Assembly: GCA_964016885.1 (NCBI GenBank)
Contig: OZ024741.1
Span: forward strand, 24,614,001 to 24,678,000
Direction: 5' to 3'
DNA length: 64,000 bases
Source of the DNA: Eledone cirrhosa
Taxonomy: Eukaryota
Both the position numbers and the translations under genes were made by a program. This document shows positions 33,901 through 44,030 of this stretch, piece by piece. Each line of letters starts with the position of its first letter. Within the stretch, counting starts at the first letter, position 1. The notes beneath the pieces were generated by a model. The model was not told the DNA's origin. It worked only from the letters and a program-made list of their open reading frames with translations, and ran no database searches.

Positions 33901-34477
33901 TATTTCTGTTTTATGCGAGGTACCCAGCACCAGTCAGATTATTTGACAGTGGACCCTACCAGGTTCATTTTTCGTTTCTGATGGTTGGGTTTCATATAAG
34001 GGCTACGAAATGGAACATATACGCAAGAAGTTGTGAATTACTCGCTCAATTGTATTCATCTAAACAAGTGTTCATTCTCAAACCACTGAAAGGCTGTAGA
34101 TATTGGCACTTCAGCAATATGGTACCAGTGAAGCTTTATTCATGTTGTATCAGAACGGACACGTGGAGAAATAAATTCAACAATCGTAAACACCTTACTT
34201 TCACATTTTTATCAAAATAAAATAAAATTTAATTTATATTTTACCAATCCAAATATGGTGGTGGTGTGTATTCTAACAGTACGTAAAGGAACAAAACTAA
34301 AGACGGAGATTTTGTGATGCAGCACCGTTATGACAAGTCGCGCCTGCTCGTCAGTCTCATAAACGACAAAGAGTCTCTCGTTTAAGGTGCGTTGAATAAT
34401 AGTAAATTAATTGCAACTTTGTTTAGATTTAGAATAGAAAACAGAAATCTAAAAATTATATTATTATAGAAAAATAC

Positions 34478-35149
34478 CCCTCTCGATTTCAGTGGGAAAT
34501 AATTATTTTTCCTCTTTTTTTTTTCGTGTGCTATCAACTAATCCTGACATCCAAACGTACAGCAACCCCCCCCCCCCCCCCCCGGCCAGGAAAGCTGAGG
34601 GTGAACTCTCTCTGACTTTCTTTACCATTAAAAAAATTTTTTTCCGTGTGTTATCAACGAATCTGACCTGAAACCACTTGGAAACGATTAGCTTTGTAGA
34701 AAAAGCAGGATGAAAGGGGAGAAGAGCCTCGGAGTTTCGCAGATCTACATCGTTTAACGGGAAATTCTTTCACCTTATTTTTTTCCGCATTTTATCGACG
34801 AATCACGCTAGCCCTAACCCTTAACACTAACCCCTAAACATAACCCTAACCCTTGCGACATTGGTAGTGAGATACGGTTAACTAAAAACCCAATAATATA
34901 ACACGAAAAAAGTGGTAAAGTCCAGGGATAGGGGGAAAGTCCGAGAAAACCCCTTTCCGGGTTAGTGTAATGGTAAAGAAAACTCTGGGAGTATGTGTGT
35001 TGGTGGGGGGGAGCAAATTCGAGTCCCCACTTTCCCCGTCTATTTTCGTGCAAAAAAAGAGTTCTTTGCAGCATGTTCGGATGTTAGATTTGTTGATAGC
35101 ACACGAAAAAAACTGAGAAAAGATAATTTCCCACTGAAATTGAGAGAGG
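34478..35149. mobile_element. MITE-like element with about 80-bp imperfect TIRs and an internal telomere-like (CCCTAA) tract
   Basis: 34480-34558 is the reverse complement of 35072-35148; degenerate CCCTAA repeats at 34812-34853. Confidence 0.6.
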
Positions 35150-35529
35150 TAGAAATAGTTGATAGCTTCCGCTACCTAGTTTGCTTAATTAACAGTGATA
35201 GAAGTTGTATTGAGTGCATAAAAGCTAGATTAAGAACAGGATGGAAGAAGTTTAGGGAGTTACTATCTCTGTTGACAATAAAAGGTTTCTCCCTACAAAT
35301 GAAAGGTCGGTTATATGATGCCTGTGTGTGATGTGTGATGTTGCATGGCTGTGAGACATGGGCAGTAAATGTAGAGGATATGCAAGGCTGACAGAACAAC
35401 ACAGCGTGGATGAGCTGAGAGAAAACTGGGTATAAGAGCAATCATATGTAGTGTGCAGGAGAGGTGACTGCTCTGGTATGGATGTATATATATATATATA
35501 TGTGCAGGAGAGGTGACTGCTCTGGTATG

Positions 35530-35569
<40 letters not shown>

Positions 35570-36540
35570 TAATGAATCAAAATATGTTTAGAATTTTGTG
35601 TTTCTCAATAAGCAAGCTCAATAGACTTTATCTAGAGTCATAATAACCAAATAAAAAGATATTTATATATATATAGAGAGAGAGAAAGAGCCATATATCA
35701 TACAAGAAACACAGTATATTGTATATATACCAAATACATATTCTATAGAAAAATATGTAGTCAGGTGGAATCGTGAAACCTTATAGTGCTATTTCATACC
35801 TGGAAAGTTTCACTTAGGATTCCACCTGGCTACATATTTTTTTATAGAATATGTATTTGGTATATATACAATATACTGTGTTTCTTGTACGATATATGGC
35901 TCTTTCTTTCTCTGTATATATACATATATATATCATCATCATCATCCTCGTTTAACGTCCATCTTCCATGCTAGCATGGGTTAGACGGGTATATATACAT
36001 ATATATATATATATATATAAATGAATTGAGAGAGAGACTGAGCATAAGAGGAGTCAAATACTATGTGCAGGAGAGGCGGTTGCGTTGGTATGGACATGTG
36101 ATGCGTATGAAGGATGACAGCTGCATAAAAAGGTGCAGAGCACTAGAAGTCGATGGAAACCGTGGAGTGGGGAGACCCTAGAAGACCTGGGATGAGGTGA
36201 TAAAAGCCGACCTTATCCAATTACACCTCTCAAAGGCGATGTAATACAGAAGACCCGACTCCCCCTCAGATACAAGCCAAAGCTGAAGCATATAGACAAT
36301 ATGCCCCCACCCCCTCCCACTGCAAAGTGGTCGTGGAGGTGCCACGGCAAAAAAGCACCCAGCACTCACTGTAAATGAGGTTGGTGTTAGGAAGGGCATC
36401 CAGCTGTATAAATCAAGCCAGAATCAGTTCCCGTATGAGCAAGGCATGATCAGCCGACCGGACACTGCACACAACAGGACAACCCGTCTAACCCATGCTG
36501 GCATGGAAGAACGGGCGTAAAATGGTGCTGATGATGATAT
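35149..36540 (+). mobile_element. Fragmented RTE 3' pieces interrupted by (TA)n and an inverted-repeat element
   Basis: EIVDSFRYL...GWKKFRELL...GRLYDAC at 35149-35530; [12 protein letters not shown] and 3' tail at 36030-36540. Confidence 0.7.
35672..35918. repeat. Long inverted repeat (arms about 100 bp) within (TA)n
   Basis: 35675-35772 is the reverse complement of 35818-35915. Confidence 0.75.
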
Positions 36541-36548
36541 ATATATAT

Positions 36549-36970
36549 ATATTTGAAAAAAAGGAAAAGAATGACTTCACTTGTAGTGTTAACAAATTTT
36601 TGATTTAATTTTATAATATAATATTATGAGTTGGTAGATCCAGTTTTTCATATACGGCATTAGTAAGAGAGTTGTACTTACTTATCATTATGGAGAGTTT
36701 TTCTGAGATCTCCTGTAATATTGTCTCCGATTTGAGAGATTCAGTAACAGATTTTGAACATGTGTTAGCCATTCTGTCGTGTATATGGTGGTAGAATATT
36801 GGAAAATGTGTGAGATCCTTGGTACAGTTAGGTATATTTGAAACTACCAACTCATAATATTATAATATAAAATTAAATCAAACATTTTTTAACACTACAA
36901 GTGAAGTCATTCTTTTCGTTTTTTTCAAATATACCTAACTGTACCAAGGATCTCACACATTTTCCAATAT
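36549..36970. repeat. Compound inverted repeat within (TA)n
   Basis: 36549-36637 is inverted at 36844-36932, and 36797-36843 is inverted at 36923-36970. Confidence 0.75.
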
Positions 36971-37501
36971 ATATATATATATATACACATACATATCAAG
37001 TTTAATATAGAAATGGCTTCTACAAGACTAGAACTATAGAAGCCATTTCTATATTAAACATCATATTTACACTCTACTAACGTACTGAGTACCTTACTTG
37101 CTGTGGTTGCCCCCAATTCAACCTGGGACTCACACACACATATATTGACGTTAAACGGTGATGATGATGATATCATCATCATCATCATCACCGTTTTACG
37201 TCCGTTCTTCCACGCTAGCATTAAACTGTGGTCAGTTCAGCATTCTGCTTGACTCATAACCATAATAACAATAATCATTATAACAACAATCATCAAAATG
37301 AGAGAGATTGCAGAAAACCAAAATTTTATTTCAAATAATATTCACTGGATTTTGTCACCAATCAAAGAAAGATTGATGCCATCATCTCAAAATGTTATAA
37401 AACAATATTATATATGTTATATAAGATAAACTATAGAAGTATCCTTTATTTCTAATCTAGTCCTGTCATCTTTGGGATAAAATATTCTTCTTTAACTTCA
37501 G

Positions 37502-37513
37502 TTAGTATCGGGG
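37502..37513 (-). CDS. Putative terminal micro coding exon of the peroxidase (PRY*) followed by 3'UTR
   Basis: Strong acceptor tttctttatatttttcag|CCC CGA TAC TAA in phase 0; minus-strand AATAAA at 37450-37445 and 37330-37325. Confidence 0.5.
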   Translation of the reverse strand, partial: PRY

Positions 37514-37639
37514 CTGAAAAATATAAAGAAAACAAAATTAAAGACAGGAAACATTGTTGGTTCACACAATAAATATTATGATTCTTGGATTTTCTATCTG
37601 TTGAGTCTCAACAAGGACCTTAGAAAAACAACACTTTTC

Positions 37640-38056
37640 TGAGTATATATGTAGTGCTCAAAGCAGTCTTTTTTTTAGAACAGTGATTCAAGGTTTATTG
37701 GCTCAAGTAATCCTCTTAGTATATATGTAGTGCTCAACAAGACAGTCCTTTGTTGGAGAGCAGTGATTCAAGGTTTATTGGCTCAAGATATCTTCTATGT
37801 ATATATATGTAGTGCTCAAGGCAGTCTTTTGTTTTGGCTCAAGATATTCTCTATGTATATATGTAGTGCTCAACAATGCAGTCTTTTGTTAGAGAACAGT
37901 GATTCAAGGTTTATTGACTCAAGATATTCTCTATGTATATATGTAGTGCTCAACAAGACAGTCTTTTGTTGGAGAACAGTGATTCAAGGTTTATTGACTC
38001 AAGATATCCTCTAAGTATATATGTAGTGCTCAACAAGGCAGTCTTTTGTTGGAGAG
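37640..38056. repeat. Minisatellite of about 80 bp (TATATGTAGTGCTCAACAAG...CAAGATATTCTC), 5-6 copies
   Basis: Direct inspection. Confidence 0.85.
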
Positions 38057-38896
38057 AAACAAAAGTATGTTGATAACAGCAATAATTCCAATTAAATATA
38101 TAATATTACTATAAAGGATGATGTGTTTAAGTGAGGAGATGCTATAAAATGGAGTGAAGACCCTTAAAGACGAAAAAGAAGTTGCCATCTGCCTCTATAA
38201 GGAATTGAACTCCATATCTCTTAGATACTGGCTAGGTGCTTTAAACCATTAAGCTAAGGGACCATGACAACTCTCCTTACAGATAGCTGAATAACAGCTT
38301 TTCAGATGTGAGCAGACAGATTGACTGACTGACAGACTGTCAATCAGTCTGCCTGTTAGTCAGTCAGTCAGTCTGTCTGTCAGACAGACTGGTAGACTGT
38401 CAGACAGACTGACTGACAGACTGACTGATAGATAGACAGACAGACATCCATATGTAAACAAACAATATACATTGCCAAGAGATCAGACTTGGAACCCCTG
38501 AGAATATAGAATTAATGTAAATGATGTGTTCATGGGCAGAAATGCTATAAAATAACTTATAAAACAGGGGGAAGACACTTAAAGATGGAAAAAGGAGTTA
38601 CCATCTGCCTCTACAAGGAATTGAACCTCATATCTCGAAGATAACAGCTAGGTGCTGTGAACCATTAAGCCAGACTGAGAGATCAGCTATGTATACATTA
38701 TATTATATGTTTAGAGCTTGCAAAAAGAAGAAATTTTTTTTTTTCAAAAGACATAAAGAAAATACAGGAAAGTATATGCTTCATTAAGGAGATTTTAAAG
38801 GTTAAAACATATCCACATTTATTTCCCTTGTTGAAAGACTTACTGCATGACTATTTCTGTATTTTAAAAAATATTTTTTAGGTGAAATTTGTGAGC

Positions 38897-39190
38897 ACTA
38901 ACTCAACTATTTCTGGTTAACTCTCTACATTAAATATGTTAATACTAACTTAACTATTCCTGGTTAACTCTCTACATTAAATATGTTAATACTAACTTAA
39001 CTATTCCTGGTTAACTCTCTACATTAAATATGTTAATATTAACTATGTCTGGTTTATTTTAAATGTGTTAATACTAACTTAACTATGTCTGGTTTATCTC
39101 TCTACATTAAATATGTTAATACTAACTTAATTATTTCTGGTTAATTATCATATTCTCTACATTAAATGTTAAATCTGACTTAACTATTTA
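38897..39190. repeat. AT-rich minisatellite of about 47 bp
   Basis: TAACTATTCCTGGTTAACTCTCTACATTAAATATGTTAATACTAACT repeats. Confidence 0.85.
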
Positions 39191-39236
39191 TAGATAAATA
39201 TTCCAAATTATAATAGTTTCACATAAGTTTCATTAC

Positions 39237-39309
39237 CTCTTTCCAGGGAGTCAAATCAATTGACTTGAAAGGGAAATACTTTCGGTTGTATGCAGGTTTG
39301 TATTGAGGG
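39237..39309 (-). CDS. Heme peroxidase exon (PQYKPAYNRKYFPFKSIDLTPWKE)
   Basis: tttcag| ... |gtaatg; IDL..WKE terminal peroxidase motif. Read-through of the donor would instead add VMKLM*. Confidence 0.85.
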
Positions 39310-40314
39310 CTGAAAGAAAATTGCAAAACAAGAAGTTCAAATTAAAAATAATTGGCAATATTAGCAACTTGACTGTCCCCAAATATAATAATATATATTT
39401 AATAATATATAAAAATATATATTATTAATAATATATATATTTAATAGTATATTCCAAACTAAAGAGGTCGTGTAGGTGTCCCGACAAAAAAGCACCCAGT
39501 CCACACTGTCAGGTAGGGGACATGGTAAAAAGGCTCCCAGTCCACACTGCAAATGTGTATACAAGCGAGGCACGGTCACCTGATCAATCTTGCCACAAGT
39601 GGAACAATTCCCGTCTAACCCATGCTAGCATGGAAGATAGACGTTAAACGATGATGATGATAATGATGATTTAATAATAATATATTTAATAATATAAATC
39701 AGGATAGAACCAGTTTGAAAATAGTTAGACCATTACTGAACAGAGTACTTGATACTTGGTATAGTAGAGTATGGTTATATAATAAAGAGTTGGGACCTGA
39801 CAGCTGAGCTCTTGCCATTTCAACAAACAGTACCATTTAATAATATATTAAATAGTATATATATTTAATAATATATATATTAAATAATATATATATTTAA
39901 TAATATATGAAAATATATATTTAGTAATATATTTAATAATATATATATATTAAATGATATATTTAAAATTATATATATTTAATATTTTATTTAACAATAT
40001 ATATTTTAAAATTGTATATATTTCATAATATATAAAATTAAATCAAGTATTTTTAATTTCCTTTTCTTTAGAATACAATGTTGTATGTTGTTGTTGTTTC
40101 TCTCAAGCCCCAAATGAAACTTGATTGAGCATAAATATATTTAAAGCTTTCCAGCCATGACCACCACCACTTTTTTTAGTCTACACTAGAAAACACAATA
40201 CATAAACACTGCACATATCCAATGTGTACAAAGTTGTACTTGGTAATGAAGTGATAACACAATAATAATAAGACTAGTGATGATGATGATGATGATGATG
40301 GTGGTGGTAATAAT

Positions 40315-40524
40315 GGTTTCTTATATAGGCACAAGGCCAACAATTTTGGGGGAGAGGAAAGTCAATTAAATCGACCCCAGTACATGACTGGTACTTTATT
40401 TTATCGACTCTGTAAGGATGAAAGGCAAAGTTAACCTCGGTGGGATTTGAACTCAGAATACAAACTGCTGCAACTCTAAGCTGCAAAGCAGGGTGTCCAG
40501 CCCTCTACCAATACTTCCAATCCA
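40315..40524 (-). mobile_element. SINE family A copy
   Basis: Same core; abuts the donor of a peroxidase exon. Confidence 0.8.
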
Positions 40525-40540
40525 TAATAATAATACTTAC

Positions 40541-40640
40541 ATATTTGGTACAAGGAATGGGTTTGTTTGAATATCATTAATATTTGTGTTATCAAAGATG
40601 ATTCTACTCATCTTCACTGAGTGGATTGACTTCAATTGAT
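40541..40640 (-). CDS. Heme peroxidase exon (DQLKSIHSVKMSRIIFDNTNINDIQTNPFLVPN)
   Basis: tttcag| ... |gtaagt, 100 nt, phases 1 and 2; matches the QL..I....L.RII.DN pattern. Confidence 0.88.
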
Positions 40641-40694
40641 CTGAAAATAGAGAAGAAAAAAAAGTCATACAGCGCACGACATATTAATAAAACT

Positions 40695-41633
40695 ACTGAA
40701 AAGTGGTTGTGTAGGTATCACAACAAAAAGCACGTAACCCACACTGTAAAGTGGTCATGTAGGAGTCATGACAAAAAGCACCCAGCACACACTGTAAAGT
40801 AGTCGTGTAGATGTCACAACAAAAAGCACCTAGCCCACACTGTAAAGTGGTCGTGCAGGAGTCATGACAAAAAGCACCTAGCACACACTGTAAAGTAGTC
40901 GTGTAGATGTCACAACAAAAAGCACCCAGCACACACTGTAAAGTAGTCGTGCAGGAGTCATGACAAAAAGCACCCAGCCCACACTGTAAAGTGGTCATGT
41001 AGGAGTCATGACAAAAAGCACCCAGCCCACACTGTAAAGTGGTCATGTAGGAGTCATGACAAAAAGCACCCAGCACACACTGTAAAGTGTTCGTGTAGGA
41101 ATCATGACAAAAAGCACCCAGCACACACTGTAAAGTAGTCGTGTAGATGTCACAACAAAAAGCACCCAGCACACACTGTAAAGTAATCGTGTAGATGTCA
41201 CAACAAAAAGCACGTAGCCCACACTGTAAAGTGGTCATGTAGGAGTCATGACAAAAAGCGCCCAGCCCACACTGTAAAGTGGTTGTGTTGGTATCACAAC
41301 AAAAAGCACTTAGCCCACACTGTAAAGTGGTTGTGTTGGTATCACAACAAAAAGCACTTAGCCCACACTGTAAAATTGTTGTGTTAGTATCACAACAAAA
41401 ATCACCCAGCCCACACTGTAAAGTAGTCGCATAGGAGTCACGACAAAAAGCATCCAGTACACAGTGTAAAGTGGTTGGCATTAGGAAAGGCAGCCAGCTT
41501 TAGAAATCTAATCCAGAAACAGTTCTATGTGAGCAAGACATGGTCACCTGACCAAACTTGCCTCCAATAGGACAAGCTGTCTAACCTATGCTAGCATGGG
41601 AAGTGGAAATTAAATGATGATGATGATGATGAC
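40695..41633 (+). repeat. 48-bp tandem array amplified from the RTE/SINE 3'UTR unit, ending in an RTE 3' tail
   Basis: About 16 units of CACACTGTAAAGTGGTCATGTAGGAGTCATGACAAAAAGCACCCAGCC, then GGTTGGCATTAGGAAAGG...(GAT)n. Confidence 0.9.
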
Positions 41634-41694
41634 TACAACTAAAATAGGGAAAAAAAATCAAAAGGGAAAAAACTATATAAAATAAATGTTTTAC

Positions 41695-41852
41695 CTGGAG
41701 TGAATCTGTTGTTCTGGTACCAAAACCTGTCACCAAACTTTAACGTTGACATTTGAGTTCCCAATAAACATTGAAAGAGTGGTCCAAAGACAGCTCCATT
41801 TGTTGGTGTCTCTGTTATTCCACCAGCTAACAAGTCAATATCCTCCACATAA
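41695..41852 (-). CDS. Animal heme peroxidase (peroxinectin/chorion peroxidase/MPO family), internal C-terminal exon
   Basis: gtatag|T YVEDIDLLAGGITETPTNGAVFGPLFQCLLGTQMSTLKFGDRFWYQNNRFTP G|gtaaaa; DIDL..GG..E and GDRFWY are hallmark peroxidase motifs. Confidence 0.93.
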
Positions 41853-42083
41853 CTATACATATAGAAAAACATGTGTTAGGTTAATATCATCCATGTAATT
41901 ATATATAGAACTATGTTTAGTAACATATAAGTCAATATCAGTATGTAATTATCTATATATAAACTTATATATATATATAGAGCTATGGTTAGTAACATAT
42001 AAATCAATATCATTATGTAATTATCTATATATAGACCTATATATAGAACTATGGTTAGTAACATATAAATCAATATCATTATG

Positions 42084-42124
<41 letters not shown>

Positions 42125-42221
42125 CTATGGTTAGTAACATATAGTTAATATCACCTATGTAACTATATATATATAAAACTATGGTTAGTAACATATAGTT
42201 AATATCACCTATGTAACTATA

Positions 42222-43558
42222 TCATAATCTATAAAGCTCAGTGTATGGTCACATTTCTTTGTTATAGAAATCTACGATATAGAATTTCTTCAATTGAAAT
42301 TTACAATTCAGTATTCGAAATAGCTTCGATTGGGTCATGGCACATATATTTTTTTCAATTTCACCCACAATTACGCAAAAAATCGATAAAACTCAATATT
42401 TTACGATATTCTTCTCTCATTTCAACTGCTAAACTCTTTCCATTACCCTTCAAAATCTATACAACTTCATACTTTCTGCTACTTTCTCTTTCCAAGCTGA
42501 AACAACTATTCTTTTCATTTTACATTGTTCATGTTGATGGTGATACTGTCCGTTTTACTCTCTCACTCATACACTTTACAGACTAAACAACAAAAACATT
42601 AGCCACATTAACGTACAATTTCGTTTATTCTAAATGTGAGTCTTCAAACTGATTTATTTATTTGCAAACACATACAAACACACACTCACATCAAATGAAT
42701 AATTAAACTTTAAATCAATTTAACCACGTGCCGGATTTCTAACCACACATACACACTTCATTAACAAATAAAAATTCTAATTTGCGACAATTATTTTCTT
42801 TCAATCGTAAAATCAAATGACATAATTATTTTCATTTTCGGTTGTTAATCTTCATGGCGATAATACTACCCTTCCATTTCACATCATGTGAGTTAACAAA
42901 TAATTTTTTAAAACACTATTCGCAGACTTCCTTAAACAACAAGATCAATTGGGTAGCCGGTATTCATTATGTAGCCGGTAAAGCTATGTAGCAGGTAAAA
43001 GGCTATGAAGTCAGTACGATGTTATATAGCATGAAAAGTTTATATAACCGGTAAATGTTATGTCGCCGTTAGCATGTGTGTGTGTGTATTACCGTCAATA
43101 CACACGTGTGTGTGTGCGTGTTTCAATGTAGTTTTCGTTAACAATGACGAGAGTACAATTGCGCCAGAAACAATTCAATTTCTCATTCTTAACTGCTAGG
43201 GACGTTCACAGGTTCATTAAGTACTTTCAGTAAGGAATAAAAAAATTAGGGATTGAACCCAAAACCACGACATAAACAGGCACCAACAAACGTTTTCTTT
43301 GTGCTGTCAAAAAGTGATTGATCCTATCCCTTTCACCTACGACCTCAGTTAGGTCAGGCGAAAGTCAAATAGACAGGGGATCACCTATGTAGGTACAAAC
43401 CCTGCTGCGGTATGTCTATTTTTCTAGCTGCAACCAGATTATATATACCATAGTTAACAGAGACCATGACGCACCAGGCCTGCAAACCAAATGAGATGGA
43501 ATATTCATTATAATACATCAGTTCCTCAGCCCCGAGCAAGGCCGGGCACTTCTGCTAG
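42222..43558 (+). mobile_element. Non-autonomous Helitron (about 1.34 kb)
   Basis: 5' A|TC(ATAATCTATAAAG); 3' hairpin CCCGAGCAAGGCCGGG (43531-43546) then CTAG|T; inserted at an A/T step inside a minisatellite (TA)n run, and the minisatellite resumes afterwards. Confidence 0.8.
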
Positions 43559-44030
43559 TATATATATAAAACTATGGTTAGTAACATATAGTTAATATCA
43601 TATAGTTAATATCATCTATGTAACTATATATATATATAAAACTATGGTTAGTAACATATAGTTAATATCATATAGTTAATATCATCTATGTAACTATATA
43701 TATATATAAAACTATGGTTAGTACATATAGTTAATATCATATAGTTAATATCATCTATGTAACTATATATATATATAAAACTATGGTTAGTAACATATAG
43801 TTAATATCATATAGTTAATATCACCTATGTAACTATATATATATATAAAACTATGGTTAGTAACATATAGTTAATATCATCTATGTAACTATATATATAT
43901 ATAAAACTATGGTTAGTAACATATAGTTAATATCACATAGTTAATATTATCTATGTAACTATATATATATATAAAACTATGGTTAGTAACATATAGTTAA
44001 TATCACCTATGTAACTATATATATATATAT

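Noticed and set aside
34240-34400. Possible first exon of a divergent plus-strand gene (CCAAT, ATGG motif, CpGs)
   Set aside because: No convincing ORF or downstream exons found.
34812-34853. Interstitial telomere
   Set aside because: Only a few degenerate CCCTAA units, internal to a TIR element.
18875-41480. Regular arrays as possible CRISPR loci
   Set aside because: Eukaryotic context, no unique spacers, no cas genes.
40693-41481. 262-aa Cys-rich repetitive ORF resembling a keratin-associated or metallothionein-like protein
   Set aside because: Translation of the antisense 48-bp retroposon-tail array.
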